64,000 nt of DNA, taken from NCBI GenBank assembly GCA_963748625.1, contig CAVVJT010000010.1:1184001-1248000 (forward strand). The letters run 5' to 3'. Of the stretch, positions 47,539 to 56,991 are shown piece by piece. Origin of the DNA: an uncultured Chloroflexia bacterium. GTDB taxonomy: Bacteria > Chloroflexota > Limnocylindria > Limnocylindrales > CSP1-4. Below the pieces are notes generated by a model. That model was not told the DNA's origin. It did not search any database and was given only the letters and a program-made list of their open reading frames with translations. Position 1 is the first letter of the stretch, and each line of letters opens with the position of its first letter. The position numbers and the translations under genes were made by a program.

Positions 47539-48336
47539 ATGGGCATCGAGTACACGAAGGACGGCTCGATCGCGACCTTCACGATCGCGAACGGCAAGGT
47601 CAACCCCATCACCCCGGCCATGCACCGCGAGATGGCCCTCGCCATGGCCGACTTCCTCGCGGACCCGGGGCTGCGCGTCGGCATCCTGACCGGCGCCGGC
47701 GAGCGCGCCTTCTCGGCCGGCGACGACATCAAGTCCGAGGACGCCTCCTCCGGATCGGCGGCTGAGGACCTCCTGGGTGCGCTCGGCACGCCGCCCGCCG
47801 ACCCCGCCGACCCCTCTCCGCCAGGCTATGACTTCGCCGACGCGGTCCTCCGGATGGAGCGCACGAAGCCGGTGATCGGCGCGGTCCGCGGCTGGTGCCT
47901 GGGCCGCGGCCTCTTCTACCTGCTTCGCCTGTCGGACATCCGCGTCTGCGCCCCCGATGCCCGGTTCGGCCTGCCTGAGATCGCGTACGGCATGGGCGGC
48001 ATCGGCGGCACCATGCGCCTGGCCCGCTACCTGCCGGCCACCGCCGCCTTCGAGCTGGCGCTCACGGGCGAGCCCATCGGCGCCCACGACGCCCTCCGCC
48101 TGGGACTCGTCAACCGCATCGTCGAGGCCGGGTCGCTCATGGAGGAAGCCCATCGCCTCGCCGGCCTGATCGCGCGCCATCCCCCGCTCGCGGTCCGGAC
48201 GGAGATGGAGGCGATGCGCCGCGCGGAGGATCTCGACGCCGACGACGCCTACACGCTGGGCATGTCGCTGTACCGCCAGCAGCGCCTCGCGATCGGCGAG
48301 AGCGACGTCCAGGAGACGTTCCTCTACAAGAGGTAG
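47539..48336 (+). CDS. enoyl-CoA hydratase/isomerase family protein
   Basis: LTGAGERAFSAGDD, KPVIGAVRG, FGLPE. Confidence 0.9.
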   Translation: MGIEYTKDGSIATFTIANGKVNPITPAMHREMALAMADFLADPGLRVGILTGAGERAFSAGDDIKSEDASSGSAAEDLLGALGTPPADPADPSPPGYDFADAVLRMERTKPVIGAVRGWCLGRGLFYLLRLSDIRVCAPDARFGLPEIAYGMGGIGGTMRLARYLPATAAFELALTGEPIGAHDALRLGLVNRIVEAGSLMEEAHRLAGLIARHPPLAVRTEMEAMRRAEDLDADDAYTLGMSLYRQQRLAIGESDVQETFLYKR

Positions 48337-48488
48337 GGCGCACCACACCGCGCCCCGCCGGCGTGACGGGGGCCGACGTGCAGCGGTCATCGTCGGATTC
48401 GACAAGCCGGGGTGCGAGCTCTGCACGAAGTGGGCCGGTTCGCCCCACTTCTGGGGCCCGGGGCCAGGGTGGAACCCGCCGGTCCCCT

Positions 48489-48538
48489 CATCGCCACGCG
48501 TGCACCGCCCCATCATCGCCACGCGTGCGCCGCCCCAT
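48489..48538. repeat. 25-nt direct tandem duplication
   Basis: CATCGCCACGCGTGC(A/G)CCGCCCCAT x2. Confidence 0.8.
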
Positions 48539-48691
48539 CGGCATGCGACAAGCGGGCCATCGCGCCCGCCCGGCAGCGGACCCGCGGGCATCCTTGTGCG
48601 ACCGATGGCCCCTCGCGACGATGACGTCCGACAGGCACTCTTGGCATCGCGGCGAGAGTACGCAGGGAGTTGTACGCCACACGAGGGACGA

Positions 48692-49393
48692 TTGAAGACC
48701 AACGGGGCGAACGAGCCGAAGGAGAAGATCGGGGTCCTCCTCGCGATCTTCGAGTTCCCCATGCTCATCGCCGGCTATCAATCGGTGATCGATGGCGAGC
48801 TCGACATGCGGGTCGAGGCCATCGTGCCCAGCCGGGATTCTCTGCAGGGGGCGCTCGCCCACACGAATGCGGACGTGATCGTCGCCGAGTGCCTCCCGTT
48901 CGGCGCTCCGGGGTCGGGCGCATTCGAAGCGATCGAGCAGATCAGGGCCGCGGTCCCCTCCAAGCGCATCCTCGCGCTCGAGTGCCGTGGAGGCAGCGAG
49001 CAGTTCAGCCTTGCCCTCAAGGCCGGCGCGGACGGCTACCTCACCCGTGAGGCGGAGCCCGGCGACCTGGTCAATGCCGTCCGCTCGCTGCAGCGCGGCC
49101 AGACCTACGTCTCCCCTGCGATCGTCACGCGGATGGTGAACACGTACGTGCTGCGCAACCCGGATGCGCCGCTCGAGGACGCCTACTCGAACCTGACCGA
49201 GCGCGAGAAGGAGGTCCTCCTGCTGGCGGCTGTCGGGCACACGAACCGCGAGATCGCCAAGGTGTTCCACCTGTCCGAGCAGACGGTGCACAACTACCGC
49301 GCGAACATCATGGAGAAGCTGGGCTTCCATGACCGCGTGGAGCTGCTCAAGTTCGCGATCCGGCGCGGGATCATCTCGGTGGCCGACCTCTAG
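48692..49393 (+). CDS. NarL/LuxR-family response regulator with degenerate receiver
   Basis: TTG after GAGGGA; intact LTEREKEVL..GHTNREIA HTH; acidic pocket, phospho-Asp, Thr and Lys all substituted. Confidence 0.85.
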   Translation: MKTNGANEPKEKIGVLLAIFEFPMLIAGYQSVIDGELDMRVEAIVPSRDSLQGALAHTNADVIVAECLPFGAPGSGAFEAIEQIRAAVPSKRILALECRGGSEQFSLALKAGADGYLTREAEPGDLVNAVRSLQRGQTYVSPAIVTRMVNTYVLRNPDAPLEDAYSNLTEREKEVLLLAAVGHTNREIAKVFHLSEQTVHNYRANIMEKLGFHDRVELLKFAIRRGIISVADL

Positions 49394-49410
49394 CATCGCG
49401 CCCGGCGGAT

Positions 49411-49479
49411 GGGCGGCTCGCGCGGCTGGGCGGCTCGCGCGGCTGGGCGGCTCGCGCGGCTGGGCGGCTCGGCGCGGCT
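49411..49479. repeat. 17-nt tandem repeat GGGCGGCTCGCGCGGCT x4
   Basis: three exact copies and one 18-nt variant. Confidence 0.85.
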
Positions 49480-49681
49480 GGGGGTTCCGGCTCAGGCGCG
49501 GTCAGGCAACCGCCCGGCGGGCCCTACGTGCAGGATTCCGCACACCCTGCCCGCCACGCGACACGGTCGGGCCGAATCGGGCGCGCCACGGGCACAACCT
49601 CTCGCTGAGCGGCACGACTGCGCGAAACTCCGCACACAGTGCCCGCCGGGCGGGAAGGTGGCGTGACCTGCCGCAGCCCGG

Positions 49682-49726
49682 AAACGAAGAGTGGCTCCTC
49701 CGGCTCGGGGTTCCGGAGGAGCCACT
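49682..49726 (-). terminator. intrinsic terminator
   Basis: AGTGGCTCCTCCGG/CCGGAGGAGCCACT stem followed by CTTCGTTT on the minus strand. Confidence 0.8.
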
Positions 49727-49764
49727 TGAGGGGTATGCGCATCAGGACGGGCCGACCCCGTCAT
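49682..49764 (-). ncRNA. candidate small RNA (5' hairpin, C-rich single-stranded region, terminator)
   Basis: lies between an ECF-like promoter (49771-49796) and a 14-bp terminator stem with a U-rich tail. Confidence 0.45.
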
Positions 49765-49770
49765 CGCTAT

Positions 49771-49796
49771 GAGGCACCTCGACGCCCGAAGGTTTC
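49771..49796 (-). promoter_or_regulatory. ECF-sigma-like promoter GAAAC-N17-CCTC
   Basis: TGAAACCTTC-N12-GCCTCATAG; second copy at 44453-44478. Confidence 0.5.
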
Positions 49797-49810
49797 ACCC
49801 CTGGATGGAA

Positions 49811-50341
49811 TCAGGTTGGAACGGCTCCCGGCAGAAGACGCGGAGCACCCCACTCCTCGCGGAGGATGCTGTACATGGCGGTGTCCCGCCACTCACCCCG
49901 CGCGAAGAACGAGCGTCGGATCCGCCCTTCGAACGAGAACCCGACGTTCTCCAGCACGCGGCGCGACGCCACGTTCGCCGGATGCGTCTCGGCCTGGATG
50001 CGCCCGATGTCCTTGTGCAGGAACAGGTAGTCGACGATCAGCTGCACCACCTCCGTGCCTCGCCCGGCCCCGCGCGCCGCCGGCACCAGCTGGTAGCCGA
50101 TCCAGCAGCCGCCGCCGCACTTGCCGTGGGCCACGAACCCGATGGCCCCGCCTGCCTTGTCGCAGACGACATACCAGCGCTCATCCTCGTCGGCCTCGAA
50201 CTCCTTCTCGGCCTGCGCGAGCGACATCTGGCCGAAGCCCTCGAAGTCACCGTTGACGGCGGGGTCGCCGCTCCACTCGACGATCGCCGGCAGATCCGTC
50301 CGCTCCGCGCGACGGATGTCCACGAGCGTGCCCTTGAGCAT
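49811..50341 (-). CDS. RimJ/RimL-type GNAT acetyltransferase
   Basis: IGYQL..ARGAGRGTE, NVASRRVLENVGF..EG, MYSILREEW. Confidence 0.9.
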   Translation of the reverse strand: MLKGTLVDIRRAERTDLPAIVEWSGDPAVNGDFEGFGQMSLAQAEKEFEADEDERWYVVCDKAGGAIGFVAHGKCGGGCWIGYQLVPAARGAGRGTEVVQLIVDYLFLHKDIGRIQAETHPANVASRRVLENVGFSFEGRIRRSFFARGEWRDTAMYSILREEWGAPRLLPGAVPT

Positions 50342-50377
50342 CGTGACTCCTTCCCGGCCCAGGATGCCGGGCCGGTC

Positions 50378-51994
50378 CTACTCCTTGACCCCGTCGATCG
50401 CCTTGAGCACGGCTGCCGGATCAACGGTGCCGGTGAACCGGGCGACCTCCGTGTCGCCCTGGCGCACGATGACGGCGGGCCCTGCTTCGATGGCCAGCGC
50501 GACACCCTCAGCCGTCTCGGCATTGACGGCCGCCGCGGTGCCTGGGGATGCGAGGCAGGCATCGAATGCCACCACGTCGAGGCCCAGCTGGGAGGCGACC
50601 CGGAGCATCGTGTCGGTGACGAAGATGCCCGTGTCAGCGCCCTTGGCGTTGATCGCGATGATGTCGTGGAGGAGCCAGGCGGGGCCACCCTGGTCGTCGA
50701 CGCAGCGGATGGCTGCCGACGCGGTGACCGACTCCTCGCCCAGCAGCGCAAGGTCCTTCTGCACGACGCGGATCGCGCCGGACTCGGCCCGCTTGCGCAA
50801 CTCGGGCTCGAGCGTCTCGGCGATGGCCGGGGAGTCCGTTGCCTGGTAGTCCATCCACAGCTCGACGGTCACCGGCGCCGTGCTCGAGCCGGCTTCCCGG
50901 CCGCCGAGGTCCAGCGCCGCCCAAGGATCGTCGGTCGGGGCCTGGGTGGGAAGGGGCGCCGGGGTTGCGCCGGCGACGGCGGCGGCGATGGCGTCCGAGA
51001 TCTTGGCCGGATCGGGAACACCCAGGAACCGGACGCCGTTGACGTCCACAGTGGGCGTGGACTCGATGCCCGACCGGTGCCCGGCGGCGGTGTCGTCAAG
51101 GACCGCGACGAGCACGTCGTGATCGGTGAGGCAGGCTGTGAACGCCTCCGTGTCGAGGCCGATGGACCCGGCGATCTCGATGAGCCGCTCGTCGGCGAAG
51201 GCACCCTGGTTCTCGCCGTCCTGCGCGGCATAGACCGCGTCGTGCATCCACCAGTATTTGCCCTCGCGGTCGGCGCAGCGCACGGCGATGGAGGCCTGCA
51301 TGGACTCCGGGCCGATGAACGCGAAGTCCCGGTGGACCAGCTGGACGGTCCCGTCCTCGATGTACGGCAGCAGGGCGGGAATGGTCTCCTGCGCGAACTT
51401 GGAGCAGTAGGGGCACTGGTAGTCGGCCCAGTAGTCGATGACGACCGGGGCGTCGGCGTTGCCCAGGCGCGGACCGTCCGACGGGACGTCGGGACCCGCG
51501 GAGGGGATGGGGGTCACCTCGGTGCCCGTGGTCGCGGCAGGCTCCCCGCTCCCCTCGGCCGAGGCCTCGGGAGTCCCGGGGGCCTCCGTTGCCACCGCGG
51601 TGCCCTCGCCTGACACCGTCGGAGCCGTGAGGCGTCCCGAGACGAAGCCGCCACCGAACGCCACGACCACTACGAGCGCGACGGTCGCGACCACGGCGAT
51701 CCGGTTCTGCTTGCGGTTGGACGTGGCAGGGGCGCCGTCGTCGGCGAGCGGGCGCACCGGCTCGAGAACGGGGACGGACGCCGGAACCCCATCGTCTGTG
51801 GGGGGTTCAGCGGGCACGGCCTCGCCGGGGACGGCCTCGCCGGGGACGGCCTCGCCGGGGACGGCCTCGCCGACAGCGCTCGGGGCGTCCGCGGGCGTCG
51901 CCGCTGCAGCCGGTTCGGGGGTGGTGACGGGCTCGATCGGTGCAGCGGCCTCGGCGGCGCCGTCCGCACCGGGCTCGGGGAGGTTCTCATTCAC
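50378..51994 (-). CDS. membrane-anchored DsbA-family protein with two thioredoxin domains
   Basis: LGNADAPV..ADYQCPYC, STPT cis-Pro loop; second domain has MDYQATDS instead of CxxC. Confidence 0.88.
   Translation of the reverse strand: MNENLPEPGADGAAEAAAPIEPVTTPEPAAAATPADAPSAVGEAVPGEAVPGEAVPGEAVPAEPPTDDGVPASVPVLEPVRPLADDGAPATSNRKQNRIAVVATVALVVVVAFGGGFVSGRLTAPTVSGEGTAVATEAPGTPEASAEGSGEPAATTGTEVTPIPSAGPDVPSDGPRLGNADAPVVIDYWADYQCPYCSKFAQETIPALLPYIEDGTVQLVHRDFAFIGPESMQASIAVRCADREGKYWWMHDAVYAAQDGENQGAFADERLIEIAGSIGLDTEAFTACLTDHDVLVAVLDDTAAGHRSGIESTPTVDVNGVRFLGVPDPAKISDAIAAAVAGATPAPLPTQAPTDDPWAALDLGGREAGSSTAPVTVELWMDYQATDSPAIAETLEPELRKRAESGAIRVVQKDLALLGEESVTASAAIRCVDDQGGPAWLLHDIIAINAKGADTGIFVTDTMLRVASQLGLDVVAFDACLASPGTAAAVNAETAEGVALAIEAGPAVIVRQGDTEVARFTGTVDPAAVLKAIDGVKE
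51816..51872. repeat. 15-nt coding repeat (GEAVP)x3.8 in the DsbA N-terminus
   Basis: ACGGCCTCGCCGGGG tandem copies. Confidence 0.85.
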
Positions 51995-52361
51995 CACGCC
52001 ATGGTGCCCGATACGCGCCGGGCGCGCCGCCGACGCCACCTGATCCCGGGACGGGCCACCGGACCTGTGGAGCGCCGGCGCACGCAAGGGCGGTGCGCCG
52101 GGGCACCCGTTCACGCCGCGATAGGACTACCGGGTCCCTGTTCGAGCTGCCCCGTCGGGGGTATCCCTACGAGCGTGAGCGTAGGGCACCGATGGCGCCC
52201 TTCCTCCGCCTACGGACCGACCACGTGCAGATCCGCCCGATCCCGCGCGCCGCAGCACGCTCTCCGGACCCGATCCGGACAGGCGGCGGCGCCATGTGCA
52301 CGATCGCCGTCGTGGCCGTGCACGGCGCGGTCGCCTTCGCGCCTGCACAGGTGCCAGCGCC

Positions 52362-53657
52362 ATGGGCCTGACGCTGACGGGGCGCGAACGGGACCTTGAC
52401 GCCGCCCTTGCCGCGATGCCCCGGCGCGCCACCCTCCTGCGCCTCTACACGGCAGCGACGATCGCCATCGGGGTCACCGCCCTCGTGGTGGCCACCATCG
52501 TCTGGGGTCTTGATCCGGCCATCGCCATTCCCGGCCTCCCGCCCGAAGTTGCGGCCGTCGCCGGCCTCGGCGCCTGGGTCGGGTTCGGCCTCGTCGGCGG
52601 GACACGGATGCTGCGCGACCCGGGCGGGCACGTCGTGCTCACCTTCCATCTGCCGTTCATCGTCGCCGCGATGATTGTCGGAGGGCCGGTGGCCGGGGCC
52701 TGGGTCGCCTTCCTCGCCACCTTCGACGCGCGTGAGCTGCGCGAGGCGCCCTGGTACGGAATCCTGGCCAACCATGCGGGGCTCGCGCTGGCGGCGCTCG
52801 TGGGCGGGCTGGTCGCCTGGGCCCTGGCCGAAGCAGGTGTGGCCATCGGCCTCGAGCACGGCCTCGCCCTCGACATGGTGGGCGCCATCATCGGCAGCCT
52901 GGTCCTGGCGGGACTCACCGCGGTGTTCGCGGGCGGCGTGGTCGTCCTGCGTGACGGCCTGACACCGCGCGAGACGGCAACGGTCCTGGCCCGCGGCATG
53001 CGCACGACGGCGCTCGCGGAGACGCTCCTCGGCTGGCTGATGGCCATCGCCTGGATCGCCGTGGGCTGGTGGACCCCGGCCCTGTGCACCGTGGTCGTCC
53101 TCGCGCTCTGGCGCGCTGCCCGCACGGAGGCCCTCCTCGACCATGACGACCTCACGGGCGTCCTCACCGCTCGGGCGTTCGCCTTGCGTGTCGCCGAGGC
53201 CGCCGACCGCGCCCGGCGCGGCGTCGAGGGCGGCGCCTACCTGTTCCTCGATCTCGATGGCTTCAAGGCCGTGAACGACGGCCCGCGCAACCACCTGATC
53301 GGCGACCAGGTGCTCGCCGAGCTGGGGCGCCGCCTGCGCCGGTCGGTCCGCGTGACCGATGCCGTGGGACGCCGGGGAGGCGACGAGTTCATGGTCCTGT
53401 TCACCGGCGTGGGCGACCAGGCCACGGCCCAGCGCCTCACCGAGCGGATCGCCGAGGTCATCACCCAGCCGTATCCCACCGACGACGGCGAGCACCGGAT
53501 CGGCGTGTCGATCGGCGTGGCCATGCTCACGCCCGGCCGGCGAGACTTCGAGCCGGACGTCCGCCAGCACGCGGACGCGGCGATGTACGCGGCCAAGGCC
53601 GCCGGCGGTGGCGTTCGCGTCTGGACCGAGCTGGACGAGCCCTCGACCCTGATCTGA
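52362..53657 (+). CDS. membrane-bound diguanylate cyclase
   Basis: multi-TM N-terminus; HDDLTG, DLDGFKAVND, RVTD I-site, RGGDEF. Confidence 0.9.
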   Translation: MGLTLTGRERDLDAALAAMPRRATLLRLYTAATIAIGVTALVVATIVWGLDPAIAIPGLPPEVAAVAGLGAWVGFGLVGGTRMLRDPGGHVVLTFHLPFIVAAMIVGGPVAGAWVAFLATFDARELREAPWYGILANHAGLALAALVGGLVAWALAEAGVAIGLEHGLALDMVGAIIGSLVLAGLTAVFAGGVVVLRDGLTPRETATVLARGMRTTALAETLLGWLMAIAWIAVGWWTPALCTVVVLALWRAARTEALLDHDDLTGVLTARAFALRVAEAADRARRGVEGGAYLFLDLDGFKAVNDGPRNHLIGDQVLAELGRRLRRSVRVTDAVGRRGGDEFMVLFTGVGDQATAQRLTERIAEVITQPYPTDDGEHRIGVSIGVAMLTPGRRDFEPDVRQHADAAMYAAKAAGGGVRVWTELDEPSTLI

Positions 53658-53678
53658 GGCGCGTCGCATACTGCCCGT

Positions 53679-55388
53679 GTGACGGTCGATCCCTCGCTCA
53701 AAGCCCCCGGCGGCCCGCCCCGGCAACCGCCTGCCGACCATCCTGGCGACGCGTTCCTGCGCCGCCAGGAGGAGCAGCGTCTGCGCCTGCGGCTCCTGGC
53801 GACCTCGCTGGCCCAGCCGCTCGACGCCCGCGGCGTGGCGATCGCCGTCCTCGAGGCCGCCTGCAACGTCCTGGGCGCCAGGCAGGCCTGGGTGGGGCTC
53901 GTCACGCCCGACGGGTCCGCGCTCGAGCTCCTCCACGCGGTCGGCTACAGCGAGCCCGCCGTGGCCCCGTGGCTCCGGGTCCCGCTGCACGCGCCCGTGC
54001 CCATGACCCGCGCCGTCGTGACCGGCCAGCCGATCTACCACCCGTCGGCGGCGGCCCGGCACACGGAGTTCCCGGTCCTCGCAGGACCGGCAGAGCAGGT
54101 GTCCGAGGCTGAGGCGTCGGCCGTCATCCCCTTCGTCTTCGAAGGGCGCGGGACCGGGGCCTTGGGCATCTCATTTCCCGAGCAGCGGGATCTCGACCCG
54201 GACGAGCGCTGGTTCCTCGAGTCACTGGGAGCCCAGGCCTCACAGGGAATCGAGCGTGCTGCCCTCTTCGCGGAGCTGCGCGAGCGTGATGCGCGCCTCC
54301 AGTCCGCCCTCGAGGCGTCCGGCACCGGGACGTGGGACTGGGATTTCGAGACCGGGACGCTCATCTGGTCCGACGAGGTCTTCCGGCTGCACGGGCTCCC
54401 CATCACGGGCTCACCACCCGCGATGTCCGAATGGCTCGCCATGCTCCATGACGACGATCGCCGGGACGTGGAGGCCAAGGTCAGGGCCTGCCTGGAAGCC
54501 GGCGGCGCCTATGAGGCCGAGTTCCGCGTCCGGCGGGCGGACGGCCAGGAGCGCTGGCTCCACAGCGCCGGGCGCACGGAGAACGGACTGGATGGCCGCC
54601 CCGCACGCCTGTTGGGCACGACGCTTGACGTCACCGAGCGCCGGCATGCGGAGGACGAGCGGGCACGCGCCGTGGAGGCCGAGCGCGAGGTCGCGCGGAT
54701 GCGTGATGCGTTCACCGGCGTGGTCTCCCACGAGCTGCGCACACCGATCACCACCATCTATGGCGGCGCCCGTGTGCTCGCCCGCCAGTGGCGCGACATG
54801 GAACCCGACACCAGGGATGGAATCCTGGGCGATCTCGTGGCCGAGGCCGACCGCCTCTACCGCCTGGTGGAGGACCTCCTGGTGCTGACGCGCGTGGAAC
54901 GGGGCGCACTCGACATCGGCGACGAGCCGGTCCACCTTGGCCGCATCGTGGAGCGCGTCGTCGCCTCGGAGAGCCCGCGCTGGAACGGGGTGGAGTTCAG
55001 CTGCCGCGTGCCGCCGGACCTCCCTTCGATCGCGGGTGAGGAGACCTACATCGAGCAGGTGCTGCGCAACCTCCTGGGCAATGCGGCCAAGTACGGCGGC
55101 ACGGGGACGACGGTCACCATCGAGATGGCGGCGGAGGGGCCGGACGTGATCCTTCGGGTGCTCGACGAGGGTCCCGGCATCGAGGCGGCCGACACCGAGC
55201 ACCTGTTCGAGCTGTTCTACCGTGCCCCGTCCACGGCGGCGTCCGTGTCCGGGGCAGGAATCGGGCTGTTCGTGTGCCGCCAGCTGGTGGAGGCGATGGG
55301 CGGCACGATCCGGGCGGAACGCCGACCGTTGCGGGGGGCGGCGTTCATCGTGACGCTGCCGCGCTACGAGGACGATGGGGCCGCGTAG
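53679..55388 (+). CDS. cytoplasmic GAF-PAS sensor histidine kinase
   Basis: GTWDWD PAS, SHELRTP, NAAKY, DEGPG, GIGL. Confidence 0.92.
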   Translation: MTVDPSLKAPGGPPRQPPADHPGDAFLRRQEEQRLRLRLLATSLAQPLDARGVAIAVLEAACNVLGARQAWVGLVTPDGSALELLHAVGYSEPAVAPWLRVPLHAPVPMTRAVVTGQPIYHPSAAARHTEFPVLAGPAEQVSEAEASAVIPFVFEGRGTGALGISFPEQRDLDPDERWFLESLGAQASQGIERAALFAELRERDARLQSALEASGTGTWDWDFETGTLIWSDEVFRLHGLPITGSPPAMSEWLAMLHDDDRRDVEAKVRACLEAGGAYEAEFRVRRADGQERWLHSAGRTENGLDGRPARLLGTTLDVTERRHAEDERARAVEAEREVARMRDAFTGVVSHELRTPITTIYGGARVLARQWRDMEPDTRDGILGDLVAEADRLYRLVEDLLVLTRVERGALDIGDEPVHLGRIVERVVASESPRWNGVEFSCRVPPDLPSIAGEETYIEQVLRNLLGNAAKYGGTGTTVTIEMAAEGPDVILRVLDEGPGIEAADTEHLFELFYRAPSTAASVSGAGIGLFVCRQLVEAMGGTIRAERRPLRGAAFIVTLPRYEDDGAA

Positions 55389-55511
55389 CCCAGCAGCAGC
55401 GGTTGCAGTGGCTGCACCGCGCCGCTACCGGCCCGCAACATCCGGCTCCCGACACCCTCCGGTATCCTACGGAGGTTCCCACAGATTCGTGACAAACGGA
55501 CGGTGATGCCC

Positions 55512-56663
55512 ATGAAGGTCGGCGTTGCCAAGGAGACGGCGGCCGGAGAGCGGCGCGTCGCCTTGGTGCCCGAAGCGCTCGGCAAGCTGACAGCAGCCGG
55601 GCTCGAGATCCTCGTCGAGACCGGCGCCGGCGCCGGCGCCATGATCCCCGACTCCGCCTACACCGAGGCCGGAGCGACGATTGTTGGCACCGCCGACCTC
55701 TACGCTGGCGCCGACGTCATCCTGCGCGTCCAGAAGCCCTCGGCGGCAGAGGCCGGCAGCCTGCGCTCCGGCCAGACCGTGGTCGGGCTGCTCGCTCCCC
55801 TGCTCGATCCCGGGCTGATGGGCACCCTGGCCGGGGCCGGCGTGACGGCCGTGAGCCTCGATGCCATTCCGCGCACGCTGTCGCGGGCGCAGACCATGGA
55901 CGCCCTGTCCTCGCAGGCGAACACCGGCGGCTACAAGGCCGTCCTGATCGCGGCGAACACGTACGGACGCTACTTCCCGATGCTGACCACCGCGGCCGGC
56001 ACGGCGAAGCCCGCCAACGTGCTCATCCTCGGCATCGGTGTCGCCGGCCTCCAGGCGATCGGCACCGCCCGCCGCCTGGGTGCCGTGGTCGCCGCGTACG
56101 ACGTCCGCCCCGAGACCGCCGAGCAGGCCGAGTCGCTGGGCGCCAAGTTCGTGAAGCTCAAGACGGCCATCGACGCCACCGGCGCCGGCGGCTACGCCCG
56201 CGAGCTGACCGCCGAGGAGCGCGCCGCGCAGCAGGCCGACCTCAACGAGGTCATCGGCAACCAGGACGTGGTCATCACCACGGCCCAGGTCCCCGGCCGC
56301 AAGCCCCCGGTCCTCGTGACCGCCGACGCCGTGCGCGCCATGCGCCCGGGCTCGGTGATCGTGGACATGGCGGCGAGCGCCCTCGGCGGGAACTGCGAGC
56401 TCTCGGTGGCCGGCGAGACGGTCGTGACCGAGAACGGCGTGACGATCGTCGCCCCGGAGAACCTGCCGGCCTCCATGCCCCTCTCCGCCTCCCAGTTCTA
56501 CGCCCGCAACATCTCCTCGCTGCTCCTCAACATGGTCAAGGACGGGAACCTCCACCTCGACTTCGAGGAGGAGGTCACCAAGGCCACCGTCATCACCCAC
56601 GGCGGCGCAGTCGTGTCCGAGGCCGTGGCCAAGCTCCTCGCCCCGGCCGGAGGTGCCGCATGA
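55512..56663 (+). CDS. pntA: NAD(P) transhydrogenase subunit alpha, part 1
   Basis: MKVGVAKET..GERRVAL, RAQTMDALSS, GIGVAGLQA, GGYA. Confidence 0.95.
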   Translation: MKVGVAKETAAGERRVALVPEALGKLTAAGLEILVETGAGAGAMIPDSAYTEAGATIVGTADLYAGADVILRVQKPSAAEAGSLRSGQTVVGLLAPLLDPGLMGTLAGAGVTAVSLDAIPRTLSRAQTMDALSSQANTGGYKAVLIAANTYGRYFPMLTTAAGTAKPANVLILGIGVAGLQAIGTARRLGAVVAAYDVRPETAEQAESLGAKFVKLKTAIDATGAGGYARELTAEERAAQQADLNEVIGNQDVVITTAQVPGRKPPVLVTADAVRAMRPGSVIVDMAASALGGNCELSVAGETVVTENGVTIVAPENLPASMPLSASQFYARNISSLLLNMVKDGNLHLDFEEEVTKATVITHGGAVVSEAVAKLLAPAGGAA

Positions 56664-56983
56664 GCAGCACGTCGATGCCCATCGACCTCGCGTTCACGAT
56701 CTTCGTGCTCGCGATCCTGTGCGGCATCGCGGTCATCTCGAAGGTGCCCGCGACGCTCCACACGCCGTTGATGTCCGGCGCGAACTCCATCCACGGCATC
56801 GTGCTGGTGGGCGCCATGATCATCGCGGTGGTGGCGGACAACCCGCTCTCCTACTTCATCGCCTTCGTCGCCGTCGCCTTCGCGACGCTCAACGTGGTCG
56901 GCGGCTACGTCGTCACCGACCGCATGCTCCAGATGTTCAAGCGCAAGCCCACGGCACCCAAGGCCGAGAAGGCGGAGGACTGA
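56660..56983 (+). CDS. pntA: NAD(P) transhydrogenase subunit alpha, part 2
   Basis: LHTPLMSGANSIHGI, GGYVVTDRMLQMF. Confidence 0.95.
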   Translation: MSSTSMPIDLAFTIFVLAILCGIAVISKVPATLHTPLMSGANSIHGIVLVGAMIIAVVADNPLSYFIAFVAVAFATLNVVGGYVVTDRMLQMFKRKPTAPKAEKAED

Positions 56984-56991
56984 CCGTGGAC

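Noticed and set aside
49411-49479. CRISPR array (also considered for 14477-14570 and 42811-42858)
   Set aside because: Tandem units without unique spacers; no cas genes
49524-49742. ORF starting MRIPLKWL, reminiscent of the PheT N-terminus
   Set aside because: Similarity ends after 8 residues and the ORF runs through a terminator
49729-49802. Hammerhead ribozyme (GAAAC..GUC and CUGAUG on the minus strand within an AGGGGU/ACCCCU stem)
   Set aside because: A9 is missing (CUGAUGC) and stems I and II do not form in register; the promoter-plus-sRNA reading explains the sequence better
55476-55495. Rex/CRP-type site upstream of pntA (TTCCCAC-N6-GTGACAA)
   Set aside because: Imperfect palindrome matching neither consensus; single instance
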